64,000 nt of DNA from Candidatus Krumholzibacteriota bacterium (GCA_963764625.1 CAVXTH010000006.1:672001-736000); one strand, 5' to 3'. Positions 43,703-53,785 are shown, counted from the stretch's first letter. Notes: generated by a model from the sequence alone, not told the origin. Numbers and translations are program-made.

Positions 43703-43728
43703 GGGTGAACCTCCGGGTTCGCCTTTTT
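43703..43728 (+). terminator. Intrinsic terminator between tRNA-Val and thrS
   Basis: GGTGAACC-TCCG-GGTTCGCC followed by TTTTT. Confidence 0.65.
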
Positions 43729-43757
43729 CGTTCGCCGATTTTGCTGAAGGAGTGGTC

Positions 43758-45683
43758 ATGGCCGAAGCGAACGTCACTCTGAGTCTACCCGACGGAAGCG
43801 CAGTCGATGTGCCGCGCGGGAGCACGGTCCTGTCGGCCATCGCGACCATCGGCGAAGGGCTCGCCCGGGCCGCGGTCGCGGCCAAGCTCGACGGCCACTA
43901 CCAACCCCTCGACGAGACGCTCCAGGAAGACGCGCGGTTGGAAGTGGTGACGAAGAACATGGACGAAGCCCTCGACGTGCTTCGTCACAGCACCGCGCAC
44001 CTGATGGCCTACGCGATTCAGGAACTCTTCCCCGATGTGCAGTTCGCGTTCGGACCGCCGGTGGAGAACGGCTTCTATTACGACATCAGAGTGGACCGGC
44101 CGTTTTCCGAACAGGACCTCGAAAAGATCGAACAGAGAATGAAGGAGCTGGCCAAGCAGAGCTTCCCCATCGTTCGCGAAAAGATCGATCGTGACGCGGC
44201 CCTGAAGCGTTTCGGCGACCAACCCTTCAAAGTGGAGCAGATCGAGGAACTCAAAGGGCAGGAGATCTTCGCCTATCACATGGGTGAATTCACCGATCTC
44301 TGCGAAGGTCCGCACGTTGCGAACACCAAGAGCATCAAAGCGTTCAAGCTCTTGAGCGTGGCCGGCGCATACTGGCGCGGTGATGAGAACCGGGAACAAC
44401 TGCAGCGCATCTACGGCACTTCATGGTTCAGCAAGAAGGACCTGGACGCCTACCTCGAAAGGCTCGAGCAAGCCAAGCTGCGCGACCACCGGAAGCTGGG
44501 GAAAGAGCTGGATCTCTACTCTATCCAGGACGAGGCCGGCGGTGGCCTGGCCTTCTATCATCCCAAGGGTTCGGTACTGCGACACATTCTCATCGACTTC
44601 TGGAAGCGCGAGCACCTGCGGCACGGGTACCAGATGGTCGACACGCCCCACATCAGTCGGGCCGACTTGTGGCGCACCTCCGGTCACATGGATTTTTACC
44701 GCGAGAACATGTACCTGTTCGAAATCGAGGATCAGGAGTACGTGGTGAAGCCCATGAATTGCCCCGGTCACGTACTCATCTACAAACGACGCCTCTGGAG
44801 CTATCGCGACTTACCGGTGCGCTACGCCGAAATGGGAACCGTATATCGCTACGAACGCAGTGGCACTCTACACGGTATGCTCCGGGTGCGCGGCTTCACG
44901 CAGGACGACGCACACATCTTCTGCACTCCGGAACAACTCGAAGACGAAATCCTGGGCGTGCTGCGTCTCACCCGGCACATCCTCACCACTTTCGGCTTCG
45001 AGGAATTCCACGTCGAACTGAGCGTGCGTGATCCTCTCAACAAGGAGAAGTACGCCGGTAGCGACGAAGAATGGGAGAGAGCAGAACTCTCCCTCGTGAA
45101 GGCAATCGAGGCCGAGGGCCTCAGCTATCGCCGCATGGAAGGGGAGGCGGTCTTCTACGGGCCGAAGATCGACGTGAAGCTGGTCGACGCCCTGGGGCGC
45201 AAATGGCAGACCTCGACCTGCCAGTTCGATTTCAATCTGCCGCGGCGCTTCGGGGTCGAGTACGTCGACAACCACGGCGAGCGCAAAAACGTCTACATGG
45301 TTCATCGGGCCATTTTCGGCTCCCTCGAGCGCTTCATCGGAATGCTGACCGAGCAATTCGCGGGCGAGTTCCCCCTGTGGCTGGCGCCGGTGCAGGTCGC
45401 GGTTCTCCCGGTGAACGATCAGGTTCTGGGCTACGCCAAGGAGGTCGACGCGAAGCTCAAGGCCGCCGGGATCCGCAGCGAGGTCGACGCCCGCGCCGAG
45501 AAGATCGGCCGGAAGATCCGCGACTCCGAGCTGGAGAAGGTGGAATGGATGGCCATCATCGGCGAGCGGGAGCACGAGGCCCAGGGGGTCTCGGTGCGCC
45601 GGCACGGGAAGGGCGATCTGGGTCCCCAGAGCCTGGATAGCTTCATTTCTGGTCTCCTTGACGAAATCGAGGACAAGCGCTAG
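43758..45683 (+). CDS. thrS: Threonine--tRNA ligase
   Basis: TGS domain; RHSTAHL, DLCEGPHV, RDHRKLG, KPMNCP, RVRGFTQDDAH and HRAIFGSLERF motifs. Confidence 0.99.
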   Translation: MAEANVTLSLPDGSAVDVPRGSTVLSAIATIGEGLARAAVAAKLDGHYQPLDETLQEDARLEVVTKNMDEALDVLRHSTAHLMAYAIQELFPDVQFAFGPPVENGFYYDIRVDRPFSEQDLEKIEQRMKELAKQSFPIVREKIDRDAALKRFGDQPFKVEQIEELKGQEIFAYHMGEFTDLCEGPHVANTKSIKAFKLLSVAGAYWRGDENREQLQRIYGTSWFSKKDLDAYLERLEQAKLRDHRKLGKELDLYSIQDEAGGGLAFYHPKGSVLRHILIDFWKREHLRHGYQMVDTPHISRADLWRTSGHMDFYRENMYLFEIEDQEYVVKPMNCPGHVLIYKRRLWSYRDLPVRYAEMGTVYRYERSGTLHGMLRVRGFTQDDAHIFCTPEQLEDEILGVLRLTRHILTTFGFEEFHVELSVRDPLNKEKYAGSDEEWERAELSLVKAIEAEGLSYRRMEGEAVFYGPKIDVKLVDALGRKWQTSTCQFDFNLPRRFGVEYVDNHGERKNVYMVHRAIFGSLERFIGMLTEQFAGEFPLWLAPVQVAVLPVNDQVLGYAKEVDAKLKAAGIRSEVDARAEKIGRKIRDSELEKVEWMAIIGEREHEAQGVSVRRHGKGDLGPQSLDSFISGLLDEIEDKR

Positions 45684-45737
45684 ATTGCACCGGACTCTCG
45701 ACCCCGGTAGCGGCCGGGGTGGAGGGCGGAAAACTTA

Positions 45738-45853
45738 CAAGAAGAAGCGGTCTGCTTCTCACCCGGCGGAGGCCAAGCGTGCCACCGTCATCTAGCCGGG
45801 TTCCTGAGGCACTCTGATGGAGGGAGCAGACCATGTTGTTTGCTCCTTTTGTT
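45738..45853 (+). promoter_or_regulatory. L20 leader (ribosomal protein L20 autoregulatory attenuator)
   Basis: AGAAGC-N5-GCTTCTCACC core, ACCCGG/CCGGGT stem, and terminator GGAGCAGAC/GTTTGCTCC-TTTT whose 5' arm is complementary to GGTCTGC; lies upstream of infC-rpmI-rplT. Confidence 0.8.
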
Positions 45854-45889
45854 GTATGAGGAGCACAGTGAGACGAAGGAGGTCTCGAT

Positions 45890-46420
45890 ATCGCCAATTC
45901 GCCACCGACTCCCCAGAACCGAGTCAACTACCAAATCCGTATCCCGCAGATCCGGGTGATTGACGAAGAAGGGGAGCAGCTTGGGATCATGGAAACCAGG
46001 GACGCTCTGGAGCTGGCAATGGATCGAGGCCTGGATCTCGTAGAAATTGCCCCGACCGCGCGTCCCCCCGTTTGCCGGATCATGGACTATGGCCGTTTCA
46101 AGTACGAGGAAAGCAAGCGACAGAAGCACGCCAAGTCCAAGCAGCAGCACCAAAAGGTGAAGATGATCAAGTTCCGTCCCAAGACGGAAGATCACGATTA
46201 CACATTCAAGAAGAATCACATCCTGGAATTTCTGGCGGCGGGGGAGCGAGTCAAAGTCCTCGTCCAGTACCGGGGACGCGAGATGGCGCACAAGGAGCGA
46301 GGTATGATGGTGATCACGCGTCTGCTTCAAGACTTGGACGAAGCAGCCCTCGTGGTCGATCCTCCCAAGATGGAGGGGAATACCCTCAGCCTGATGTTGA
46401 TGCCGCCGAGCAAGAAGTAG
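45890..46420 (+). CDS. infC: Translation initiation factor IF-3 (non-canonical ATC start)
   Basis: AAGGAGGT SD, then in-frame ATC...[15 protein letters not shown]; DLVEIAP, CRIMDYG and KFRP motifs. Confidence 0.95.
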   Translation: MANSPPTPQNRVNYQIRIPQIRVIDEEGEQLGIMETRDALELAMDRGLDLVEIAPTARPPVCRIMDYGRFKYEESKRQKHAKSKQQHQKVKMIKFRPKTEDHDYTFKKNHILEFLAAGERVKVLVQYRGREMAHKERGMMVITRLLQDLDEAALVVDPPKMEGNTLSLMLMPPSKK

Positions 46421-46484
46421 AAATGGCGAGGAACGCGAGCCGTCATGGCTTCGCGCGACGTTCTTCCAGACGCAGGAGGGCGAG

Positions 46485-46682
46485 ATGCCCAAGATGAAAA
46501 GTAATCGGGCCGCGGCCAAGCGGTTCCGGCGAACCGGCAGCGGCAAGATCCGTCGTCAGAAGGCCTTCCACGGCCACATATTCACGAAGAAGACCACCAA
46601 GAGGAAGCGGAATCTACGCCGGTTGACCCTTGTAGCCTCGGTGGATGAGAGCCGGGTCAAGAAGATGCTGGCAGGCGGTTAG
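46485..46682 (+). CDS. rpmI: 50S ribosomal protein L35
   Basis: [14 protein letters not shown]...H.FTKK. Confidence 0.98.
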   Translation: MPKMKSNRAAAKRFRRTGSGKIRRQKAFHGHIFTKKTTKRKRNLRRLTLVASVDESRVKKMLAGG

Positions 46683-46712
46683 GCGCACAGAGTTCATCAG
46701 GAAGGTTCGATC

Positions 46713-47066
46713 ATGTCACGAGCAACGAACAACCCCGCAAGCCGCGCGCGTCGGAAGAAGGTTCTCGAGAGAGCGCGCGGGTACTACGGTGGACGCAGCA
46801 AGCTGAATCGAAGTGCGCAGGAGACCGTCGATCGCGCTCTGGTCTACGCCTACCGCGACCGGCGCAACAAGAAGCGGGATTTTCGACGGCTGTGGATCAC
46901 TAGAATCAACGCGGCCGCGCGCATTCACGGGCTCAACTACAGCCGCCTCATCTGCGGACTGAAGGCGGCCAAGGTGGAAATCGACCGAAAGATTCTCGCC
47001 GACCTCGCGGTTCGGGACGAGCAGAGCTTCGCGAAGATTGCTGAACTCGCGAAGGCCCACCTCTGA
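46713..47066 (+). CDS. rplT: 50S ribosomal protein L20
   Basis: [26 protein letters not shown] and DRKILADLA motifs. Confidence 0.99.
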   Translation: MSRATNNPASRARRKKVLERARGYYGGRSKLNRSAQETVDRALVYAYRDRRNKKRDFRRLWITRINAAARIHGLNYSRLICGLKAAKVEIDRKILADLAVRDEQSFAKIAELAKAHL

Positions 47067-47096
47067 TCGTCGCGGTATCGAGAGCAAGAGATTCGC

Positions 47097-47132
47097 GCCG
47101 CCCCGGGCCCAGCTGGCTTCGGGGCGGTCTTT
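47097..47132 (+). terminator. Probable terminator hairpin between rplT and pheS
   Basis: GCCGCCCCGGGCC/GGCTTCGGGGCGGT stem followed by CTTT. Confidence 0.5.
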
Positions 47133-47148
47133 GGTGGGGGAGGATGGA

Positions 47149-48144
47149 ATGCAGGAGAGAATCGAGCAGATTCTGCGCGAGGCTCTCGCGGCGATCCGCG
47201 AAGCCCGAGACGAGTCGAGTCTGGAGGACACCCGGATCCGCTACCTGGGCCGTAAGGGGACTCTGACCTCACTCCTCCGCGGCTTGAAGGAACTGTCGGC
47301 CGAGGAGCGGCCCAAAGTGGGCCAGACGATGAACGCGGCCAAGGAGGAGCTCACCGGCGCCCTGACACAGCGGCGTGCGGAGCTCGAGTCGCAACGGTCG
47401 GAATCGGTGGCAGCCTGGGACCTGAGCTTGCCGGGCCGCAGACCCCACGCGGGAAGCCGGCACCTCATCCAGCAGACCATCGAACGAATCTGCGACATCT
47501 TCCACGGCATGGGATATTCGCGCGCCGATGGTCCCGACGTCGAGCTGGATGCCCTGAATTTCACCGCGCTGAATTTCCCGGATGACCACCCGAGTCGCGA
47601 TCTTCAGGACACCTTCTACGTGAACGATGAAGTGGTGCTGCGAACCCAGACCTCGCCGGTTCAGGTGCGGTACATGCGCGCGCACACGCCTCCCATCGCC
47701 ATTCTCTCGCCGGGCCGCGTGTATCGACAGGAGCAGCCCGACGCAAGCCATGCCGCCGAGTTCCATCAAATCGAGGGACTCTTCGTGGACAAGGCAGTAT
47801 CGATGGCGGACTTGAAAGCGACCGTTTTCGCCTTCGTCAGAGCCTTCCGCGGCGAAGAGAATCCGCGCCTGCGCTTTCGCCCTCACTTCTTTCCCTTCAC
47901 CGAACCGAGCGTGGAAGTCGATCTCTGGTGGGAGACCGAGGGGAAAGGACAGTGGTTGGAGATCATGGGAGCGGGCATGGTTCATCCGCACGTTTTCGAG
48001 AACTGCGGCTACGGGCCTGACGAGTACACGGGTTTCGCCTTCGGAATGGGCATCGACCGTTTGGCCATGGTGAACGCCGCAATTCCCGACATCCGACTGC
48101 TGCACGAGAACGACCTTCGTTTTCTCTCCCAGTTTCCATCCTGA
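47149..48144 (+). CDS. pheS: Phenylalanine--tRNA ligase alpha subunit
   Basis: Start reassigned to ATG 47149; HPSRDLQDTFY, LRTQTS, FHQIEG, FPFTEPS and FAFGMG motifs. Confidence 0.98.
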   Translation: MQERIEQILREALAAIREARDESSLEDTRIRYLGRKGTLTSLLRGLKELSAEERPKVGQTMNAAKEELTGALTQRRAELESQRSESVAAWDLSLPGRRPHAGSRHLIQQTIERICDIFHGMGYSRADGPDVELDALNFTALNFPDDHPSRDLQDTFYVNDEVVLRTQTSPVQVRYMRAHTPPIAILSPGRVYRQEQPDASHAAEFHQIEGLFVDKAVSMADLKATVFAFVRAFRGEENPRLRFRPHFFPFTEPSVEVDLWWETEGKGQWLEIMGAGMVHPHVFENCGYGPDEYTGFAFGMGIDRLAMVNAAIPDIRLLHENDLRFLSQFPS

Positions 48145-48159
48145 GTCGAGGAGTCCATC

Positions 48160-50583
48160 GTGAAGCTCTCCATCGAGTGGTTGCGCGAACTCGTGGATTT
48201 GCCGCCCGAGGTCGAAACGATCTGCCAGGACCTGACCCTGCTCGGGCTGGAAGTCGAACAGGTGGAAGAGGTCGGTCTCAGCTTTCCGGGGATCGTGGTG
48301 GGCCGGGTGCTGCAGCACGCTGCGCATCCCAATGCCGATCGGCTGAGCGTCTGCGTGGTCAGCGACGGGAAAACCGAGTTTCCCGTGGTGTGCGGGGCGC
48401 CGAACGTCCGTCAGGGCTTGACCGTCGCCTTCGCCACCCCGGGCTCTACTCTGCCCGATGGAACCACGATCAAGAAGACCAAGATTCGCGGAGAAGTCTC
48501 CCTCGGCATGATTTGCAGCGAGAGAGAGCTGGGGCTCGGGGATGGTCAGAGCGGAATCCTCGAGCTCGACGAGCAGTACGAGGTCGGCAGGGGAATGGAC
48601 GAGCTCTTCGGCTGGAAGGACACCTGCGTCGAGATCGAGGTCACGCCCAACCGTCCCGATTGGCTGAGCCACATCGGGGTGGCGCGCGAGCTCGCGGCCA
48701 AGTACGGCAAGGAGCTGCGCCTGCCCCAGGTGAACCACACGGTCGAAATGGTGGACGAGGACGAGGGCTTCCGGGCGAAGTGTGAAGACGAGGAAGCGTG
48801 CCCGCGCTATACCGGCCGCATCGTGCGCGGGATTCAAATGAGAGAAACGCCACCCTGGATGCGCAGGAGATTGCTCGCGATCGGCCAGAGGCCGATCAAC
48901 GCGGTCGTCGACTGCAGCAACTACCTCCTGCACGAGTGCGGTCAACCCAACCACGCTTTCGACCTGAACAAGATCAAGGGAAACGAGATCGTAGTGCGGC
49001 GCGCCAAGAAGGGCGAACGGTGCGTGACGCTGGATGATCAGGTGCGCGAACTCAGCCCTCAGCACCTGGTGATCGCCGATAGGGAGGGGCCGGCCGCGCT
49101 CGCGGGTCTGATGGGAGGGAGTCGGACGGAAGTCTCCGACGACACCTCGGATCTTCTGCTCGAGGTGGCGAACTTCGATCCGATTACCGTGCGTGGCATG
49201 CGCCGCGATCTCGGCATGAACACCGATGCCTCCTACCGTTTCGAACGCGGCTGCGATCAAGAGCTCATTCCCTGGGTGCAGAGTCGTCTCGCTGAGTTGC
49301 TCGCGAGTTGCTGCGGCGGTACGGCGAGTCCGAAAGCGTTTCAGGCTCTCGGGAAGGCGCCGGCGCCCAGCGCCCACTTCTTCATGCGCTCGTCGCAAGT
49401 GGAGCGTCTGCTCGGGGTGAGAGTGGAGACGGCGGAGATGACACGTATCCTTCATCGTCTGGGAATTTCGGCGGAGAAGGCGGAGCGCGAGGGTGAAACC
49501 GGCCTGTGGGTGCGACAACCCAGTTTCCGCCGCGACCTCCTGGAAGAGGTCGACGCCATCGAGGAGATCGCTCGTCTCTACGGCTACGATAAGATTCCAG
49601 CGCGGGACCGCGCCCCCATGCTCCTGCCGGCTCGCCGGGAAACAGGGGAGACGCTGCGACGTCAGCTTCGCGATCATCTCGCGGCCGCGGGGATTCACGA
49701 GGTCACGGGTTCCTCGTTCATGGAATCGAAGGATCCCGATCGCTTTCTCCTGGCTCAGGACGATCCGCGGCGCGGCGCGGTGGAGGTCTTGAATCCACTG
49801 GTGGCCGGTGAGGGTCTCCTGAAGACCACCTCTCTGCCAGAGATGCTGCGCATCGTCGACCGCAACCGGCGACGTGCCTATACCGGACCCATCCGCGTGT
49901 TCCAACTGGATCGGTGTTTCCTGAAGAAGGAAGGCCTCACCCTGCCCGAGGAGCCCGAGGCCCTGGTCGTGGTATGGGCGGGTCCGGCGGAAACCGCGCA
50001 CTCCTCGCGAGAGCCACGAGTTCTGGATCCCTTCGATGCATTGGGAGAGATCGAGGTGATGCTCGAGAGCCTGGGGATCCAGGCGCGGTTCTCCCCGGGC
50101 GAGGAGGAGAGCTATGATGAGAAGGGGACGGCGGTGGGAGTGCGCGACGACACCCGCGAGCTGGGTCACATCGGGATGATCCACCCGAGAGTGGCCAAGG
50201 CCTACGGCTTGGAGGGTCCCATCCTGCACGCCACGCTCTCGCTGAGGCGGCTGGAGGAGTCGCTTCCTCAGGGCGCGCAATACAATCCGGTGCCGATCTA
50301 TCCTCCGGTGCGGCGGGACCTGAGCCTCCTGGTGCCCAAGGGGGTCGGCTACGGACAGATCGCCGGGCTCTTGCGAGGCGAGGGGGGCGAGCTTTTGGAG
50401 AGTCTGGACGTGTTCGATCTCTACGAGGGCAAGGGAATCGGCTCCGCGGCCCGCGCCCTGGGGGTCCGATTGGTGCTCCGCAGCCTCAAGGGAACTCTGA
50501 AGGACAAGCGAGTCGATTCTCTCGTGGCTAAGATTCTTCAGAAATTGGATGAGGAATTGGGCGTAAAGCTCAGGGCAGAATGA
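48160..50583 (+). CDS. pheT: Phenylalanine--tRNA ligase beta subunit
   Basis: HPNADRL, VCGAPN, TPNRPD, ASYRFERG and RRDLS motifs. Confidence 0.98.
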   Translation: MKLSIEWLRELVDLPPEVETICQDLTLLGLEVEQVEEVGLSFPGIVVGRVLQHAAHPNADRLSVCVVSDGKTEFPVVCGAPNVRQGLTVAFATPGSTLPDGTTIKKTKIRGEVSLGMICSERELGLGDGQSGILELDEQYEVGRGMDELFGWKDTCVEIEVTPNRPDWLSHIGVARELAAKYGKELRLPQVNHTVEMVDEDEGFRAKCEDEEACPRYTGRIVRGIQMRETPPWMRRRLLAIGQRPINAVVDCSNYLLHECGQPNHAFDLNKIKGNEIVVRRAKKGERCVTLDDQVRELSPQHLVIADREGPAALAGLMGGSRTEVSDDTSDLLLEVANFDPITVRGMRRDLGMNTDASYRFERGCDQELIPWVQSRLAELLASCCGGTASPKAFQALGKAPAPSAHFFMRSSQVERLLGVRVETAEMTRILHRLGISAEKAEREGETGLWVRQPSFRRDLLEEVDAIEEIARLYGYDKIPARDRAPMLLPARRETGETLRRQLRDHLAAAGIHEVTGSSFMESKDPDRFLLAQDDPRRGAVEVLNPLVAGEGLLKTTSLPEMLRIVDRNRRRAYTGPIRVFQLDRCFLKKEGLTLPEEPEALVVVWAGPAETAHSSREPRVLDPFDALGEIEVMLESLGIQARFSPGEEESYDEKGTAVGVRDDTRELGHIGMIHPRVAKAYGLEGPILHATLSLRRLEESLPQGAQYNPVPIYPPVRRDLSLLVPKGVGYGQIAGLLRGEGGELLESLDVFDLYEGKGIGSAARALGVRLVLRSLKGTLKDKRVDSLVAKILQKLDEELGVKLRAE

Positions 50584-50714
50584 GGACACTTGCCCTGTGA
50601 CCTGTGGCCGGATTAAGCTGGGATGAATCGTAGGCACGACGTTCACGCGCACGAGAGCTCCGAGACTGCGCATCTCGGCGCGCGGAACTCGAATCTCGAC
50701 AGTGGGAGGCAGCG

Positions 50715-50996
50715 ATGGAGCCAGGCGTGACGACGGTCACCATCTTCGGGCAGGACTACAGCATCCGCGGGGGAGAGGATGCCGCCTATGTCCGCGACAT
50801 CGCCAAGTTCGTTGATGAGCGAATGCGGGAAGTCGCCTCCTCGGGTAGCCAAATCACCTCGATGCGAGTGGCCATCCTGGCCTCGCTGAACATTGCCGAC
50901 GAGTTGTTCCAGGAGAAGGAAGGACGCCGTCGCACCCACAAGGAATTGCGCAAGCGCGCACAGAAGCTGTTGAAACGCCTGGAAGCGAGCGCCTGA
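50715..50996 (+). CDS. zapA: Cell division protein ZapA
   Basis: VTIFGQDY, AKFVDERM and AILASLNIADE motifs; sits after pheT. Confidence 0.93.
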   Translation: MEPGVTTVTIFGQDYSIRGGEDAAYVRDIAKFVDERMREVASSGSQITSMRVAILASLNIADELFQEKEGRRRTHKELRKRAQKLLKRLEASA

Positions 50997-51015
50997 TGAA
51001 GTTGTCCCCGACGAA

Positions 51016-51204
51016 GTGGAGTATCCCTGCCGCGTTTGTGATGCACCGACGTTTTTGAGCCAACAAGTTGACCACGGAGTTCCGCAGTTCGTGATCCCAA
51101 GGCCAAGTCTTGCGAAAGGAAAGGCCGAGGGTCGCGGCAGGGACTCCACTTGAACCGAATGGTTCAAAGGGTCTCGTGCACACGGCCCTGCGGGCCTACT
51201 CCAT
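51016..51204 (+). ncRNA. ssrS: 6S RNA
   Basis: About 190 nt downstream of zapA; closing stem GTGGAGTA/TACTCCAT, TTGAGCCA/TGGTTCAA flanking the central bubble, GGAGTTCC/GGGACTCC terminal-arm stem and ACTTGAACC motif. Confidence 0.85.
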
Positions 51205-51225
51205 CCCTCCTGGAAGAGTGACTTC

Positions 51226-52020
51226 ATGCGCGTGTTTTTCATCGGAGACATCGTGGGACGTCCGGGCCGCAAGGCCCTGCGTGAACTTCTTCCCGGGGTC
51301 AAGAACACCTACGCTCCCCAGCTCGTGGTGGCGAACGTCGAGAACGCCGCCTCCGGCTTCGGCCTGAACGAGAAAGTGGGGAGGGAGATCCTCGAGTGCG
51401 GTGTCGACGTTATGACTGGAGGCAACCATCTCTGGGATCGCAAAGGCAGTGAAGCCTACATCGATTCCGAAGAATGTCTGGTGCGTCCCGCAAACTATCC
51501 CCAGGGGACCCCGGGGCGCCGTTTCCATCTTTGCGAGGTGTCTGGAATCCGGGTGGCCGTCCTCAGTCTACAGGGGCGCGTGTTCATGCCTCCTCTGGAC
51601 TGTCCCTTCCACGCCCTCGATTCCCTTTTGGACGAGTTGAAGAGCCGCGCCGACATCTTCCTTTTGGATTTCCACGGAGAGGCCACCAGCGAGAAGAGAG
51701 CCATGGCGGTGTACGCCGATGGACGCGTATCGGCGGTGGTGGGAACGCACACCCACGTCCCAACCGCGGACGAATGTATTCTTCCCAAGGGCACCGCCTT
51801 CATCTCCGATCTGGGGATGACTGGACCCTACGATTCCATCATCGGAATGGACCACGAGAGCGTGATGGCGAAGTTCTTGACCGGGCTTCCCCATCGCTTC
51901 GAGGTGGCCAACGAAGACGCGCGCCTGAGCGGACTCATCGTGGATTTGGACGAGGAGAGCGGCCGGGCCCGATTCGTTCAGCGGGTTCACGAACGCCTGG
52001 ATGAAGTGGAGGATTCATGA
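51226..52020 (+). CDS. TIGR00282/YmdB family metallophosphoesterase
   Basis: GDIVGRPG, NVEN, TGGNH, DFHGEATSEK, GTHTHV and DLGMTG motifs. Confidence 0.95.
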   Translation: MRVFFIGDIVGRPGRKALRELLPGVKNTYAPQLVVANVENAASGFGLNEKVGREILECGVDVMTGGNHLWDRKGSEAYIDSEECLVRPANYPQGTPGRRFHLCEVSGIRVAVLSLQGRVFMPPLDCPFHALDSLLDELKSRADIFLLDFHGEATSEKRAMAVYADGRVSAVVGTHTHVPTADECILPKGTAFISDLGMTGPYDSIIGMDHESVMAKFLTGLPHRFEVANEDARLSGLIVDLDEESGRARFVQRVHERLDEVEDS

Positions 52021-52904
52021 GCGCGCGCATCCTGGATGGGACGGCCCTGGCCCAGAAAGTCAGGGCTCGGCTCACGACGGAGGTCGAGCAACGAGTGCAA
52101 CGGGGACTCAGAGCTCCCAAACTCCAGGTGATCCTGGTGGGCGATGATCCCGCGAGCGCGATCTACGTGCGCAACAAGGAAAAAGCTGCCGCGAAAGCGG
52201 GGATCGAGGGAGGAGTCAAACGTCTTCCGGAGAACACGAGTTCGCAGGAGCTTCACGCCGCGATCGAAGCGGTGAATGCAGACGAGGGCGTCGATGGTCT
52301 CCTCGTCCAACTTCCTCTTCCGGCCGCGATCGACCCCGCCGCGGTGCGTTCGTGGATCGATCCCACGAAGGACGTGGACGGTCTGCATCCAGAAAACGTC
52401 GGCCTATTGGCCAGCGGCACCCCGCGATTCGTTCCCTGCACTCCGGCCGGCTGTCTTGCGCTCCTTAAGGAGCATGGGATCGAGGTGGCGGGTCGCCGCG
52501 CGCTCGTGATCGGGCGCTCTCTCATCGTGGGCCGTCCCATGGCCACCCTTCTCTCGCAGAAGGGAGTGGATGCCACCGTTACGATCTACCATTCACGGAG
52601 CCGTGACTTGAAGGAACTGGCGAGCGAGGCCGAGATCATAGTGGCGGCGGCGGGAACCCCCATGCTGCTGAAGCCCGAGCACGTGAAACCGGGGGTGGTG
52701 GTCGTCGATGTCGGGATCCACCGGATCGAGGATCCTACCGCGCCCAAGGGAACGCGTTTAGTGGGCGACGTCGATCCCGGCGTGGCCGAGCTCGCGTCGT
52801 GGATCTCACCCGTCCCCGGGGGAGTGGGCCCCATGACCATCGCCATGCTCCTTGCGAACACGGTTCTCGCGCACGGCCGGAAGACCGGGACACTGAGCGA
52901 ATGA
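52017..52904 (+). CDS. folD: Methylenetetrahydrofolate dehydrogenase/cyclohydrolase
   Basis: YVRNK, VQLPLP, KDVDG, PCTP, GRSLIVGRP and PVPGGVGPMT motifs. Confidence 0.98.
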   Translation: MSARILDGTALAQKVRARLTTEVEQRVQRGLRAPKLQVILVGDDPASAIYVRNKEKAAAKAGIEGGVKRLPENTSSQELHAAIEAVNADEGVDGLLVQLPLPAAIDPAAVRSWIDPTKDVDGLHPENVGLLASGTPRFVPCTPAGCLALLKEHGIEVAGRRALVIGRSLIVGRPMATLLSQKGVDATVTIYHSRSRDLKELASEAEIIVAAAGTPMLLKPEHVKPGVVVVDVGIHRIEDPTAPKGTRLVGDVDPGVAELASWISPVPGGVGPMTIAMLLANTVLAHGRKTGTLSE

Positions 52905-53785
52905 AGCACGCCGAATTCGAAGCCGAACTACAGAGCGATAGGGACGAAGCGACGCGCCGGGCCGCCGAGGCTCTCGATGCCCGCTCGGGCGCGGCTCCGC
53001 GCCTGAAGGAGGCGATGCAGTACAGTCTTATGGGTGGGGGAAAGCGGCTGCGCCCGCTTCTCGCACTGTGGATTCACGACGCGGCGGGCGGATCCCGTTC
53101 CCCGGCGATCTGGCACGCCGCGACCGCCTTGGAGTTGCTCCACACCTACAGTCTGATCCACGACGATCTTCCCGCGATGGACGACGACGATCTGCGCCGC
53201 GGTCAGTTGTCGTGTCACAGGAGCTTCGACGAGGCCACCGCCATTCTCGCCGGCGATGCGTTGCAAACCCTGGCCTTCGAGATTTTGGCCCAGATCGAGC
53301 CCGCGGAGATCGCCTCCGCCTGTGTGTTTCGGCTGGCGCGAAGCAGCGGGCTTCAGGGAATGGCGAGCGGACAGCAGTGGGATCTGATGGCGAGCGAGGA
53401 TCACGATGCCCCTCCGGTCGAAACGATTCATCGGCTCAAGACCGGCGCGCTCATCGGGGCCAGCCTTGCCCTGGGCGCGATTTGTTCCGGGGCGCAGACC
53501 AAAGTTGTGGATCAAGTGGAAGAGGCAGGAATCCAGCTCGGAATCGCGTTTCAAATCATCGACGACATCCTGGACGAGACCGCCACCGCGAAGGAGCTGG
53601 GCAAGAGCCCCGGCAAGGATAAAAAGCAAGGGAAGCTGACCATCCTCCGCGCTCACGGCCTGACGCAGAGCAAGATCTTAGCGCGCGAGGGCCTCGCGAG
53701 CTGTGTCGGCCGGCTGAAGGAGCTCTCTCTGTGGTCGGAGAAAATAGGCTGGCTATGTGAATCGTTGGTGAATCGTGGGCGCTGA
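52901..53785 (+). CDS. ispA: Farnesyl diphosphate synthase
   Basis: Start reassigned to ATG 52901; GGKRLRP, HTYSLIHDDLPAMD and FQIIDDILD motifs; upstream of dxs. Confidence 0.92.
   Translation: MKHAEFEAELQSDRDEATRRAAEALDARSGAAPRLKEAMQYSLMGGGKRLRPLLALWIHDAAGGSRSPAIWHAATALELLHTYSLIHDDLPAMDDDDLRRGQLSCHRSFDEATAILAGDALQTLAFEILAQIEPAEIASACVFRLARSSGLQGMASGQQWDLMASEDHDAPPVETIHRLKTGALIGASLALGAICSGAQTKVVDQVEEAGIQLGIAFQIIDDILDETATAKELGKSPGKDKKQGKLTILRAHGLTQSKILAREGLASCVGRLKELSLWSEKIGWLCESLVNRGR

Noticed and set aside
43640-43757. T-box riboswitch before thrS (AGGGTGAACC plus terminator)
   Set aside because: It lacks the GGTGGnACCGCG T-box and the region is too short for stem I; better explained as the tRNA-Val terminator.
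47269-50673. 1134-aa antisense ORF over pheS/pheT, and similar shadows (54370-56925, 5266-6759, 14561-16036, 58126-59595)
   Set aside because: Mirror-frame ORFs are expected opposite high-GC genes; they have no recognisable motifs and fully overlap confident genes.
50623-50730. 35-codon ORF before zapA as a ZapB-like gene
   Set aside because: No coiled-coil character, weak SD and too short to support.
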